Positions 37,560 to 47,440 of a stretch of 58,288 nt of DNA are shown here, one piece after another; position 1 is the first letter of the stretch; the number at the start of each line of letters is the position of its first letter. The notes beneath the pieces were generated by a model that ran no database searches, was not told the origin of the DNA, and saw only the letters and a list, made by a program, of their open reading frames with translations. The position numbers and the translations under genes were made by a program. Origin of the DNA: Candidatus Brocadiia bacterium (GTDB lineage: Bacteria > Planctomycetota > B143-G9); NCBI GenBank assembly GCA_041648755.1, contig JBAZOJ010000002.1, positions 1 to 58,288 of the forward strand. The letters run 5' to 3'.

Positions 37560-39082
37560 CAGTCAGCCTCTGCTGCCCTGTACGTGGACTTAAAAGTCTT
37601 GATCGCTTCGCCGAGGTTGGCCTTCGTGGTATCGTCCATGTCCTTTGACTTGCGAATTGCTTCGGGAATTTCCGGGTGGCGATTTGCCATGTACTCAAGG
37701 AATTCCTTCTGGAAACGCCCAACGGAGTTCGCGGGGAGATCATCGATGAAACCGCCTGTCCCGCAGAAAATCGCCATGACCTGATTCTCGACCGGCATGG
37801 GCTCGTACTGATCCTGCTTGAGGATCTCGACCAGTCGTTCGCCCCTGGTGAGCTGCCGCACGGTGGCGGCGTCAAGGTCGGAGCCGAACTGGGCGAAAGC
37901 GGCCAGCGAGCGGTATTGGGCGAGGTCGAGACGCAGCGAGCCGGCCACTTTCTTCATCGCCTTGATCTGGGCATCGCCGCCGACGCGCGAGACCGAGATG
38001 CCCACATTGATTGCGGGCCGAACGTTTTTGTTGAACAGGTCGGCCTCGAGATATATCTGGCCGTCGGTGATCGAGATGACGTTGGTGGGGATGTACGCCG
38101 AAACGTCTCCGGCCTTGGTTTCGATGATAGGCAGCGCGGTGATGGAGCCGCCGCCGTATTTTTCGTCAAGCTTGCATGCGCGTTCGAGAAGGCGTGAGTG
38201 AAGGTAGAACACATCGCCGGGGTATGCTTCGCGGCCGGGCGGACGCCGCAGAAGGAGGGAGATCTCGCGATAGGCCACCGCATGCTTGGAAAGGTCGTCG
38301 TAGATGATCAGGGCATGCTGCCCCTTGTCCAGGAAGTACTCCGCCATGGCGCAGCCGGAATAAGGAGCGATATACTGCATCGAAGCGGCTTCGGACGCGG
38401 AGGCAGAGACGACGATCGTGTAAGGCATCGCCCCGTGCTCTTCCAGCGTTTGGACAACCTGCAGCACCGAGGATCGCTTCTGACCAACAGCGACGTATAT
38501 GCAAACGACGTCGCCGCCTTTCTGGTTGATGATAGTGTCAATGGCGATGGCTGTCTTGCCGGTCTGGCGGTCACCGATGATTAGTTCCCTTTGGCCGCGA
38601 CCGATGGGCGTCATAGAGTCGATAGCCTTGAGTCCCGTCTGCAGCGGCTGGCTTACTTTGTGCCGCTTGACAATTCCGGGGGCGATGATCTCGATGCGCC
38701 TGCGGTTCTGCGTCGAGACGGGTCCCTTGCCGTCCAGCGGCTGACCGAGCGAGTCAACAACGCGACCGAGCATTCCTTCGCCGACGGGGACTTCGATGAT
38801 GCGGCCGGTACGCGTTACTTCGCCGCCTTCCTTGATGACTTCAAAATTGCCCAGAAGCACGACCCCGACATAGTCGGGCTCAAGGTTCAGCGCGATACCG
38901 AATACGTTATGGCCGAAACTCAGCAATTCGCCAGCCATGCAGTTCTCAAGGCCGGAGCACAGGGCGACGCCATCGCCGACCTGCAAGACCTCGCCCTTTT
39001 CCTTGATGGACTGTCTTTCTTCGCCGTATTGCAGAATCTGCTGACGAAGGATGGTTCCGATTTCGCCCGGGTTTATTTCCAT
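37559..39082 (-). CDS. atpA: ATP synthase F1 alpha subunit
   Basis: [42 protein letters not shown]. Confidence 0.99.
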   Translation of the reverse strand: MEINPGEIGTILRQQILQYGEERQSIKEKGEVLQVGDGVALCSGLENCMAGELLSFGHNVFGIALNLEPDYVGVVLLGNFEVIKEGGEVTRTGRIIEVPVGEGMLGRVVDSLGQPLDGKGPVSTQNRRRIEIIAPGIVKRHKVSQPLQTGLKAIDSMTPIGRGQRELIIGDRQTGKTAIAIDTIINQKGGDVVCIYVAVGQKRSSVLQVVQTLEEHGAMPYTIVVSASASEAASMQYIAPYSGCAMAEYFLDKGQHALIIYDDLSKHAVAYREISLLLRRPPGREAYPGDVFYLHSRLLERACKLDEKYGGGSITALPIIETKAGDVSAYIPTNVISITDGQIYLEADLFNKNVRPAINVGISVSRVGGDAQIKAMKKVAGSLRLDLAQYRSLAAFAQFGSDLDAATVRQLTRGERLVEILKQDQYEPMPVENQVMAIFCGTGGFIDDLPANSVGRFQKEFLEYMANRHPEIPEAIRKSKDMDDTTKANLGEAIKTFKSTYRAAEAD

Positions 39083-39085
39083 TTC

Positions 39086-39637
39086 CTACCTCTGAGAATT
39101 GCCGGTCAGCTTGCGGCGCATCGTATCCAGCCGCGCCGAAATGCTGTTGTCGTACACTACGTTGTTTATCTCGACCTGCAGCCCGCCGATGAGTTCCGGT
39201 TTCACCGTGAACTCGCAAACAGGCTTGCAGTTGAACTTGGCAGCGAATCCCGCCCGCAATGCGTCTTTCTCAGCATCCGACAAGGTTTCGGCTGAGACCA
39301 CCTTTACCCTTACGTAGCCATCCCTCAGATCCGCAAGTTTGCGGAACATCGCGGCGATAGCCGGGAAAACCACGAACCTTCGCCGAACAACCAGGACTTG
39401 GCAAAAATGCGCGAACAAGGGGCGCAGGCGAAGGAGAGCAGTTGCTTCTGTCATTGCCTCCGAGCGCTTGTCCTCGGATATCTTCGCATCGGAAAGGAAT
39501 GCAGGGAAAGGGCGAAGATTGGCGATGTAGCCCTCGAGGGACTTTATGTCGGCCTTCACTTCATCGACCGCGCCGCGTTCAGAGGCCAAGTCGAGGAGGA
39601 CGCGGGCATATCTCTTTGCCAATCTAAGCTGTTTCAT
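39086..39637 (-). CDS. atpH: ATP synthase F1 delta subunit
   Basis: LAKRYARVLL, PELIGGLQVEI, DNSISARL; upstream of atpA. Confidence 0.92.
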   Translation of the reverse strand: MKQLRLAKRYARVLLDLASERGAVDEVKADIKSLEGYIANLRPFPAFLSDAKISEDKRSEAMTEATALLRLRPLFAHFCQVLVVRRRFVVFPAIAAMFRKLADLRDGYVRVKVVSAETLSDAEKDALRAGFAAKFNCKPVCEFTVKPELIGGLQVEINNVVYDNSISARLDTMRRKLTGNSQR

Positions 39638-39651
39638 CTGGCAGCCCCGGG

Positions 39652-40884
39652 TTACTTCGGCACCCGAAACCGGGCAAAGGTCTTCTTGCCAACCTTGAAG
39701 ACGTCATCGGCGCCGACGATTATCCGGGCGTCAGGAGATTCGATTTTCTCGCCGTTGAGCTTCAGCCCGCCCTGCTCGACGAGCCTCCTGGCTTCATTGT
39801 TGGATGCAATTGTGCCGACCGCCCTGATTATCGCGATCACGGAGACTTTGCCCTCGGCGTCACGCTCGGGCAGGTCAAACAGCGGGATGTCCTGCGGGAT
39901 CTCCCGCCGGGAGAATGTGCGCTCAAACTCTTCGCGCTCACCTGTCGCAGCTTCCTTGCCCCAGTACCAGCCGGTGATCTCGACTGCAAGGCGCTTTTTG
40001 GCCTCCATAGGGTGAGTCGGGGGGGCAAGCAGCGAGTTGATCTGCTCCATGGGCAGGTCTGTCAGCAATTCGTAATAATTCCTCATCAGGGAGTCCGGCA
40101 GCGACATCACCTTGCCGAACATCTCTTTGGGGGTATCGATAACGGCCACGAAGTTCCCCAGGGACTTCGACATCTTGTGTGTTCCGTCAAGTCCGATGAG
40201 AAGCGGCATTGTCAAGGCGACCTGGGCCTCCTGCCCGAATTCCGGCATCAAGCCGCGGCCGACCAGCAGATTGAAGGTCTGGTCGGTTCCGCCCATCTCG
40301 ACATCGCTGTTGATCATCACCGAGTCGTAGCCCTGCATCAGGGGATAGAGCATTTCGTGCAGAGCAATGGGCTGGCCGGTCTTGTACCTGTTGCTGAAGT
40401 CATCGCGCTCAAGCAGTCGTGCAACAGTCATACGGGACGCAAGCTTCACAACGTCGGCGAACATCATCTTGTAGAACCAGTCGCCGTTGTAGCGGATTTC
40501 GAGCAGTTTCTCGTCCAGGAGGACGATGCGACCGGCCTGCTCGAAATATGACTTGCAGTTGGCTTCGATTTCCTCGCGCGTGAGAACGGGGCGGGTCTTT
40601 GATCTGCCGGAGGGATCCCCGACGAAGGCGGTGCCGTCGCCGATGATAAGGACAAGCTTGTGCCCGAGTTCCTGGAACTGGCGGCACTTGCGCAGGACAA
40701 CGCTGTGTCCGAGGTGCAGGTCGGGATGCGTGGGGTCCATGCCAAGCTTGACTCGCAGAGGAGGGCGTTCCCCCCGATGGAAAGCAGCGAGCTTGCGAGA
40801 CAGGTCCTCGACAGTGAAGCAATCCACCGTTCCTCGCAGGAGCGTTTTCAGGTCAGCTTCGACTCTGGTTTTCACGTCTGTCAT
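39652..40884 (-). CDS. tyrS: Tyrosine--tRNA ligase
   Basis: KLGMDPTHPDLHLGH (HIGH), YPLMQGYD, GGTDQTFN, KMSKS, C-terminal S4 domain; start taken as ATG 40884. Confidence 0.97.
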   Translation of the reverse strand: MTDVKTRVEADLKTLLRGTVDCFTVEDLSRKLAAFHRGERPPLRVKLGMDPTHPDLHLGHSVVLRKCRQFQELGHKLVLIIGDGTAFVGDPSGRSKTRPVLTREEIEANCKSYFEQAGRIVLLDEKLLEIRYNGDWFYKMMFADVVKLASRMTVARLLERDDFSNRYKTGQPIALHEMLYPLMQGYDSVMINSDVEMGGTDQTFNLLVGRGLMPEFGQEAQVALTMPLLIGLDGTHKMSKSLGNFVAVIDTPKEMFGKVMSLPDSLMRNYYELLTDLPMEQINSLLAPPTHPMEAKKRLAVEITGWYWGKEAATGEREEFERTFSRREIPQDIPLFDLPERDAEGKVSVIAIIRAVGTIASNNEARRLVEQGGLKLNGEKIESPDARIIVGADDVFKVGKKTFARFRVPK

Positions 40885-40959
40885 AATAGGGGGTTCCGGG
40901 GGATATCGGAGCCGACGCAATTGTAACCCGTATTGCGGTCGGGCAAAGTAAAAACGAGC

Positions 40960-40987
40960 TTGACAGCGGCTTACAGCGGGGTATGAT
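40960..40987 (+). promoter_or_regulatory. Strong promoter of tRNA-Leu, with the -10 inside an 11-bp perfect palindrome
   Basis: TTGACA-16 bp-TATGAT. Confidence 0.8.
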
Positions 40988-41004
40988 ACCCCGCTGCATC
41001 AAGG

Positions 41005-41091
41005 GCCGAAGTGGCGGAATGGCAGACGCGCTAGGTTCAGGACCTAGTCCATGTAACGTGGGTGTGGGTTCGAGTCCCACCTTCGGCACCA
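41005..41091 (+). tRNA. tRNA-Leu (anticodon CAG), CCA encoded
   Basis: Acceptor GCCGAAG/CTTCGGC, D loop GGAATGGCAGAC, anticodon arm CTAGG-TTCAGGA-CCTAG, long variable arm, GTTCGAG T loop, ACCA end. Confidence 0.97.
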
Positions 41092-41101
41092 AGTAACGAT
41101 T

Positions 41102-41125
41102 ACCCCCGGTCTGCGGGGGTTTTTT
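41102..41125 (+). terminator. Terminator after tRNA-Leu (possibly bidirectional)
   Basis: ACCCCCG-GTCTG-CGGGGGT then T tract. Confidence 0.8.
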
Positions 41126-41160
41126 GTTGTCTGAGGGGGATGTGTGTTCGGCGAGACCCC

Positions 41161-42129
41161 TCAGCTTTTGCTCTGTTCGCGTCTCCACTTGACCGTCAGC
41201 GCGACTATGCTCTTTGTATCGTGTTCCGGTTGCCAGCCGCAAAGATCGAGGATGGCCGATGTGTCCGGAACACGCCTGCGCATATCGGCGTAGTCGCTGC
41301 CAAGGGAAGCTTCGGGAAGGAATTCGATCTCTCCACCATTGCACTCAGCTATGACCATTCGCGCCAGATCCAGTACACTGACCTCGTTCTGCGTGCCGAC
41401 GTTGAAGACGCGACCGTCCGCAGCGGGATTTTCCCCAAGCTGGACCAATGCGCGAACTGCGTCGGAGATGTACATAAAGCACCGTCTTGCCGAACCGTTT
41501 CCATAAACCCCCAATTTTATGTCTGCCAGTGCGGCTTCGATAAACCGCGGCAACACCATTCCGAACTCCGCCCGCTGTCGGGGTCCAACGGTGTTGAACA
41601 GCCGGGCCACAGCTAATTTCAGCGAGCGTTCCCGGTGCATTGCCATCAGGTAATGCTCGTCCAGAATCTTCGATGCGGCATAGGACCAGCGACCGACCGT
41701 TGGGGGGCCCAGTGTCAGGTCGTCCGCCTCGCTGAAAGGCACACGCTCGTTCCGGCCATATACCTCGGACGTTGACGCAAATACAAGGCGAGCCCCGGCT
41801 GCAAGCGCGGCATCGGCAGCAGATCTACTTGTCGCAATATTCTCTTCAATCGTCGCAAGAGCTGATTCGAGCACCCTGCGTACCCCAACCCGTGCCGCGA
41901 GGTGGTACACCACGTCGCAGCCTTTGGCTGAATCGGCTACAAGCGAAGCGTCGCGCGCGTCGCCCTGCACGACCTCCAGCAACCCGGTGGCGGACGCAGC
42001 ATCCAGGTTGCTGCGATGCCCTGTGGCGAAGTTGTCCAGCACTATTACCTTGTCTCCCGCGCCTGTCAGCGCATCGGCAAGGTGCGAGCCTATGAACCCC
42101 GCTCCGCCAGTTATGAGGACGCGCCTCAT
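41161..42129 (-). CDS. NAD-dependent nucleotide-sugar epimerase/dehydratase (extended SDR)
   Basis: TGGAGFIGSH, FASTSEVYG, YAASK, RLFNTVGPRQ. Confidence 0.92.
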   Translation of the reverse strand: MRRVLITGGAGFIGSHLADALTGAGDKVIVLDNFATGHRSNLDAASATGLLEVVQGDARDASLVADSAKGCDVVYHLAARVGVRRVLESALATIEENIATSRSAADAALAAGARLVFASTSEVYGRNERVPFSEADDLTLGPPTVGRWSYAASKILDEHYLMAMHRERSLKLAVARLFNTVGPRQRAEFGMVLPRFIEAALADIKLGVYGNGSARRCFMYISDAVRALVQLGENPAADGRVFNVGTQNEVSVLDLARMVIAECNGGEIEFLPEASLGSDYADMRRRVPDTSAILDLCGWQPEHDTKSIVALTVKWRREQSKS

Positions 42130-43106
42130 GCTTTGAAGGCTTTCTTGCGGGACGGAAGCGCAGTGCGAAGCAACCGCATCCAGTTGCCACCCATCACGCC
42201 GTCAGCTTCCGCTTCGGACAGTCCAAGCTGCTTCTTCAGGACTTCGCGCAAAGGTGGCTCGTCAAGCACACTGCTGATTCCCGCAGGCAGCTTGCCCACT
42301 CCGTCGAGGTCGGCGCCGAGCCCAACACAGCCGATACCACCGACAGACGCGATGTGGGAGATGTGGCGCAGGATATCATCGATGGTTGCTTCACCGGAAT
42401 CGCTCAGGAAGGTGGGGAAGAAGTTGATTCCGATCACGCCACCTGACGCTGCGATTGCCTTGATATGCTCGTCCGAGAGATTGCGCGGTGAGCCGCAAAT
42501 GGCCTTTGCGTTGCTGTGTGAAGCTATGACCGGCCGTGTGGCAAGCGAAAGGACGTCGTCCACGCCCTTCGGAGTCAAGTGTGACAAATCCACCAACACT
42601 TTCAGTGCTTCACACTCGCGAACCAGGCGCTTGCCTCTCTCGGTCAACCCGCGCGGGCGCTTGACCATCGCGCCGTCGCCGAACGCGTTGCGTCCCTGCC
42701 AGCAGAAGCCTATTGCGCGCAATCCCAGCCGGAACATTGCCGGAAGGATATCGTCCTCGGGGGCAATCGGAGTAGCATCTTCCATGCTTGCCAGAAGGCC
42801 GAGGCGGGTGCCGTCGAGCCGGTCCAGATCCTCGCTCCAGCGAACGAAGACCACGTTTGATCTTGATTCTTCCGTGCGCCTCAGCAGTTCGAGGTAGCTT
42901 AGAATCCGCGCGGTTGTGTTGCGCGAGTGGCGATGGGTGTCACAGGCTCGCACAGTGGTGAACATCGCCATCACCTGAAGTGTCTGGTGAGCCTTCAGCG
43001 CCCTGCCGATATCCCAGTGCTTGCCCTCGAAGCTGTCGGGCAGGCCATGATCCGAAGGCGGAGTGAACAGAATGGAATCGCAGTGAAAATCGACGAAGGT
43101 TTTCAT
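42126..43106 (-). CDS. Membrane dipeptidase (peptidase M19) family
   Basis: VDFHCDS, SMEDA, VDLSH, ASHSN, GINFF, GLGADLDG. Confidence 0.92.
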   Translation of the reverse strand: MKTFVDFHCDSILFTPPSDHGLPDSFEGKHWDIGRALKAHQTLQVMAMFTTVRACDTHRHSRNTTARILSYLELLRRTEESRSNVVFVRWSEDLDRLDGTRLGLLASMEDATPIAPEDDILPAMFRLGLRAIGFCWQGRNAFGDGAMVKRPRGLTERGKRLVRECEALKVLVDLSHLTPKGVDDVLSLATRPVIASHSNAKAICGSPRNLSDEHIKAIAASGGVIGINFFPTFLSDSGEATIDDILRHISHIASVGGIGCVGLGADLDGVGKLPAGISSVLDEPPLREVLKKQLGLSEAEADGVMGGNWMRLLRTALPSRKKAFKA

Positions 43107-43129
43107 CAGATTGTGCTTTCCTTGTTCGG

Positions 43130-43948
43130 CTACTGCTTCACGAATCTCGTGAGCATTGGAACCTTGAACGCCGGAGCGCGATACTCGTTGTCCAGGTATT
43201 TGCGTGCCATCAGCGCCTCGATGCGCGCTGCTTCTTTGAAAATGCGATAACCATATCCGGAGGGGGCATCGGGAGCCAATCCTATGAGGAAGGATCCCTG
43301 CGGGACCTCGAACGCCATCTTTTGAGTCGAGCCCGGGACGACGATTGCCGCACCGGGAGGCATGAGCTCACCCGACACGACAAGCCATCCTTCCGGTGCG
43401 CGAAGCTTGCCGTCAGGACTGTAGAGGGCCATTCGCTCGAATTCGACTCCGTTCTCCCTGAGCATGGCAGGTATCCCATCCAAGGGAACCAGATTTCCAT
43501 CCAACCATAGCTTGCTTTCGAGCTTCAGCCCGATGCCGTGCCATTGTGCGACGTTGTTGTCCTGTGCACTTGCTATCCACAGCGCGCGCAGGCCCAGTTC
43601 CTTTGAGAGAAGCAGTTCTGCTGTCTCAGGGCTTGCCGCGACAATCACATCTGCCTTGCTGAGGACTTTGCCTGAGCCCTCGGCGAGCCCCACGCGACCG
43701 TTATTTTCGGTCGGGACAGTGACGTCATCGCCTACTTCGGCGCGCACAAAATACTGTGCCTTTCCCGCGGCCTTGGAAAGCGAGTCAAGCTCTTGTGCGA
43801 AGCGGTCGCAATGTTCCTTCTCGGCGACAATGCCCGGGCGGAGGGCGAATATGACGATTGATGGCCTTGCAGGCCGTGTAGCGAGGATAAGGAAGATTAT
43901 CGCTACGACAATGCCAATATAGGCGATGCGCATTTTCTCGCTTAGCAT
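43130..43948 (-). CDS. Hypothetical membrane-anchored protein
   Basis: ATG 43948 one base after the BatA stop; N-terminal hydrophobic segment IAYIGIVVAIIFLILA. Confidence 0.6.
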   Translation of the reverse strand: MLSEKMRIAYIGIVVAIIFLILATRPARPSIVIFALRPGIVAEKEHCDRFAQELDSLSKAAGKAQYFVRAEVGDDVTVPTENNGRVGLAEGSGKVLSKADVIVAASPETAELLLSKELGLRALWIASAQDNNVAQWHGIGLKLESKLWLDGNLVPLDGIPAMLRENGVEFERMALYSPDGKLRAPEGWLVVSGELMPPGAAIVVPGSTQKMAFEVPQGSFLIGLAPDAPSGYGYRIFKEAARIEALMARKYLDNEYRAPAFKVPMLTRFVKQ

Positions 43949-43949
43949 G

Positions 43950-46076
43950 TCAGCGCCCTGCCTGGGATGCGCGAACCTGGAATGGTGCGCTGAACGTGGA
44001 AGCGAGGAGCGCCTCGAGGGCCAGGAAAACAAGGGCGGCAAACAAGAGGACCATCTGGATGTCGGAGAACTTGCCCTCCATTGTGGCCGGAGTGGTGTAG
44101 GGCTTTCGGGCGTCCTCGATCCGGACATTTGGCAAATTCCACACTTTTCTCAGGGCGGCCGGTGGAAGCGGGGTGATGTCGCTTTCTTCCCGCGGAGTGT
44201 TGACGGCTACGTAGGTGGTTCTTCCACCGGGAGCGGTGAATTTGTACCTGCCGGGAATCTCGACGGGACCGTAATCGAGAAGGGCTTTTCCTTCCGCAAC
44301 CCGCGGGAGAAGTTCGACTGCCGTGCTGTCGGGCAAAGTGAGGGTGCATGATCCGGCGGCTTCTGTGATGGTCAGCGGGATTGACACTTTGGCTCCCACC
44401 GTAACATTCGTTTCCTGAGATGATTTTCCCGCCAGGTAGTAGCATAGCTCGTTGGCAAGCGGGGGAAACATGGGTAACGCGACGAGGTTCGTCCATTGTC
44501 CGTCAAAAGTCGATGTCCACAGGAGCGTCTTGCCCCGCCCGCGAGCCCTCTCAATCAACAGTGGACGACCATTGTCGAGTTTTGCCAGCGTTGTCGCATC
44601 AGAGCGGGGACGCGCGTCGAAGTAGCTGAATATCTTCAGCCTCTTCATCCCTGAGCGCCAGAGTCCCGCGAGCCCTTCGAGAGTCTCGGGCATTTTGAGG
44701 TCGGTCAACGAGGCATATCCGTTGCCCTGCGATTCCTGAATTGCAGTCATCTCCGCCGGAAGGACCCCCGCATCCCCGCCGAGCTGCTCATTGAGAGCGG
44801 CAGGACGCATTGCGGGGCCGCACACGATCAGAAGTCCGCCTCCCAGGGAGACAAACGCCTTGATACGTTCGGCCGAAGCCGGTGAAATTGCAGGGGGCTC
44901 AAGGATGACAATTACATCGGCCGGATAGCTCTCCATGCCTTCAAAATCCGAGATCGCAGTCGTCGAAACTGAAATGGTCGAGAATTCGCTGTTGTCGAAA
45001 GGAGCCAGGGCGGCGGCAAGGTAAGACGAAGCCGCCTGGAAACTACCTGCGGATGGGCGACCGTCCACCAGAAGGACATTCACTTTGCGCGACACGTCAG
45101 CAGCGAAGAATCGAATGTCATCGTCAGGAAGGGAATCCGGTGTCATCGAAACCGAATAGCAGACAGAACCTTCTTCTGCCGGTTTCTCCGGGAAGGCCAC
45201 CGAGCTGCCGCCCTCCTTAACGCGCGTTGATCGTGTGGCGATGGCCTCATCCAACCTCTTGAAGGTAACCTGGGATTCCCGCTCGCCCTCGCCTCCCCAC
45301 AGGTTCAGGTGCGCCTTTAGAACGGTTCCAAGACCAGTGGCGAATACGCTGCGGGCCGGTTCGAGGTCCTCCACTGCGGCGTTCTTATCGTCCTGTGCGG
45401 AACAGGTCACGATAGTTATCGGGGCATTTGCCCATATTTCGGAGGCCAGCTTACTGAAAAACGCTTCCGGGCGGTCGTAAGCATTCTGCGCAAAGTCGCT
45501 CACAAGCACAAAATGCCCAACGCACCCGCTTTTATCAGCCAAGCCCCATTCCTGTCTCAGCATGGGGAGAATCAACTGAGGCGAGGTCCCGCGAAAGGAG
45601 GGCTCGATACGGGAGAGTTGCTCCTTGAACTGAGTCGGTGACAGAGCCCGGGATGAAGGCTGAATCGTATCGTCGAACACGGTCAGCTTGAAAAAGTCCC
45701 CGGGCGATGCCGAGTCGGCTTTTGCCCTGAGATAGTCCCGCGCGGCGTCAAAGCGTGTCTTCCCTCTGACAGCAGTGCGCATTGAAAGAGAGCCATCCAG
45801 GAACACGAAGTACATATTTGGCCTGTCGGTTCCCGCGCCGGTCAGCAGCGGGTGAGCAAGAGCCAGGAAGAACGCCAGAAGAGCGAAAGTACGCAGCGAC
45901 AGCAGGATCATCTCCTTGACGCGGATCCTGCGCCGAAGTCGGGCGTAGGCGCGAAGAAGGATGACCATGGCTCCGAAATCCTGCTTGCGATGTCTGCGCC
46001 GGAAAAGCAGATAGATAAGAAGCGGCAGCAGGCAGAACAGCAGCGTGCTAAGCAGTTGCGGGGCACCGAAATGCAT
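43950..46076 (-). CDS. BatA-domain / VWA / glutamine amidotransferase-like membrane protein
   Basis: BatA N-terminus LLPLLIYLLFRRR..DFGAMVIL; VFLDGSLSM MIDAS; DDIRFFA; FVSLGGGLLIVCG; C-terminal TM LFAALVFLALEALL. Confidence 0.85.
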   Translation of the reverse strand: MHFGAPQLLSTLLFCLLPLLIYLLFRRRHRKQDFGAMVILLRAYARLRRRIRVKEMILLSLRTFALLAFFLALAHPLLTGAGTDRPNMYFVFLDGSLSMRTAVRGKTRFDAARDYLRAKADSASPGDFFKLTVFDDTIQPSSRALSPTQFKEQLSRIEPSFRGTSPQLILPMLRQEWGLADKSGCVGHFVLVSDFAQNAYDRPEAFFSKLASEIWANAPITIVTCSAQDDKNAAVEDLEPARSVFATGLGTVLKAHLNLWGGEGERESQVTFKRLDEAIATRSTRVKEGGSSVAFPEKPAEEGSVCYSVSMTPDSLPDDDIRFFAADVSRKVNVLLVDGRPSAGSFQAASSYLAAALAPFDNSEFSTISVSTTAISDFEGMESYPADVIVILEPPAISPASAERIKAFVSLGGGLLIVCGPAMRPAALNEQLGGDAGVLPAEMTAIQESQGNGYASLTDLKMPETLEGLAGLWRSGMKRLKIFSYFDARPRSDATTLAKLDNGRPLLIERARGRGKTLLWTSTFDGQWTNLVALPMFPPLANELCYYLAGKSSQETNVTVGAKVSIPLTITEAAGSCTLTLPDSTAVELLPRVAEGKALLDYGPVEIPGRYKFTAPGGRTTYVAVNTPREESDITPLPPAALRKVWNLPNVRIEDARKPYTTPATMEGKFSDIQMVLLFAALVFLALEALLASTFSAPFQVRASQAGR

Positions 46077-46082
46077 GGCGGT

Positions 46083-46111
46083 ATTCTATTACCTATTCGC
46101 AGGCGGGCCAA
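46083..46111 (-). promoter_or_regulatory. Promoter for the BatA operon, apparently leaderless
   Basis: Minus strand TTGGCC-17 bp-TAGAAT, ATG 6 nt downstream. Confidence 0.55.
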
Positions 46112-46142
46112 ACGAAAACGGCGGGGCCGTGGCCCCGCCGTT
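46110..46142 (-). terminator. Terminator of the cyclophilin gene
   Basis: AACGGCGGGGCC-GT-GGCCCCGCCGTT with a T-rich tail on the minus strand. Confidence 0.75.
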
Positions 46143-46163
46143 GAATTGATGCGAAACTGCAGC

Positions 46164-47207
46164 CTACTTCAGGTACTCGACGCTGAGCTTTATCATCTCA
46201 ACAGGATTGCGAGGCTTGTTGGGAGCATCGGGACGAGTCTGAGTGGCGGCGATCTTCTTGCAGGTATCCAATCCTTCGGTGACTTTGGCGAACACGACAT
46301 AGCGACCATCAAGCGAAGGGATGGGCTCGACGCAGATGTAGAACTGGCTGCCGGCGGAGTTCTTGTCCTGACCGGTGAGGCCCATACCAACTGCGCCTTC
46401 CTCATGCTTGAGTTTGCTTTCCTCGAACGGGATAGTGTATCCGGGACCGCCCGAACCATCGCCGTGGGGATCGCCGCCCTGGATGAGCTTGAAGATCGGG
46501 CGATTCTCGACGCGGTGGAATATCTGGTTGTTGTAGTAGCCCTTTTCCACGAGGGTCAGGAAGTTCTTGCAGGTCTGAGGGGCGTCATCCATGCGCAACC
46601 AGATCAGGAAGCTGCCTTCCCTGGTTTCCACGCGGACACACACGCGGCTGTAGACATTGACGGTTGCCCAGTCGCTGCGAACGACCTTATTATCGGCGAG
46701 CTTGTAGATTGCGCGGACGTAGAACACCCCGCCATCGCCGAAATCGAAGTACTTCTCGAGGTTTGTCAGCGTTCCGCCGTAATAGGAGCCGCTGATCATG
46801 GGCAGCTTGAATTCGGTCCCATCCTGGGGGAAAGCCGCTCCGGTGCGAAGGATGGATGCGCGCTTATCCTCGTCGATCATCTCGACGCTGAAGCACTTGA
46901 ATGCGTTTGAATTGAGAACGACCTCAGCCTTCTCGCCGTTGAGTTCCAGCTTGAAGCCGACATTGACCGGCTCGACCCCGGCTTCGACCTTCTTGAAATT
47001 CAGCTTCCCAACCATTGCGAGGTGAAGTCCGTCGACATCCTGCCCTGTTTCGAGAGCGGGCTTGGGTGTTGGTGTTGGCGTGGGCGTAGGGGTCGGGGCA
47101 ACAATCGTGGGACTCTGGGACACCGGAGGCGTCACGGGATCCTCGGCGAATACGCTCACCGCGAAGCAGACGAAGCAAAGCGTTACCGCGAACAGGGAAT
47201 ACTTCAT
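46164..47207 (-). CDS. Secreted cyclophilin-type peptidyl-prolyl isomerase with an extra N-terminal domain
   Basis: Signal peptide, Pro-Thr linker; C-terminal APQTCKNF, FHRV, IQGGDPHGDGSGGPGY, NSAGSQFYI, LDGRYVVF. Confidence 0.93.
   Translation of the reverse strand: MKYSLFAVTLCFVCFAVSVFAEDPVTPPVSQSPTIVAPTPTPTPTPTPKPALETGQDVDGLHLAMVGKLNFKKVEAGVEPVNVGFKLELNGEKAEVVLNSNAFKCFSVEMIDEDKRASILRTGAAFPQDGTEFKLPMISGSYYGGTLTNLEKYFDFGDGGVFYVRAIYKLADNKVVRSDWATVNVYSRVCVRVETREGSFLIWLRMDDAPQTCKNFLTLVEKGYYNNQIFHRVENRPIFKLIQGGDPHGDGSGGPGYTIPFEESKLKHEEGAVGMGLTGQDKNSAGSQFYICVEPIPSLDGRYVVFAKVTEGLDTCKKIAATQTRPDAPNKPRNPVEMIKLSVEYLK
47062..47097 (-). repeat. Pro-Thr repeat linker
   Basis: Encodes APTPTPTPTPTPKP. 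Confidence 0.6.
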
Positions 47208-47249
47208 TACTGTAAGCTCCTCATATGTACGTACTTCTGGGAACGGGCA

Positions 47250-47277
47250 ATCTTATTCGGCCCTATGTATGTGTCAA
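47250..47277 (-). promoter_or_regulatory. Promoter of the cyclophilin gene
   Basis: Minus strand TTGACA-16 bp-TAAGAT. Confidence 0.7.
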
Positions 47278-47375
47278 CTAAAAATGGCGTCTCTTGGCCC
47301 CGAAGGCGCAGTGCGGGCGGAATCTTGAGAGGGAGTCCGGACCTGCGCGACTTGACAATGCGAGACGTTCTTTGT

Positions 47376-47402
47376 TTGAGGGCTATCAAAAGGCACTATA
47401 AT
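47376..47402 (+). promoter_or_regulatory. Promoter of the HtrA-like three-gene operon
   Basis: TTGAGG-15 bp-TATAAT; RBS GGAGGA before ATG 47441. Confidence 0.6.
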
Positions 47403-47440
47403 CGCTTCAACTGGCGATTTCGCCTCGTGGAGGACTCCAA

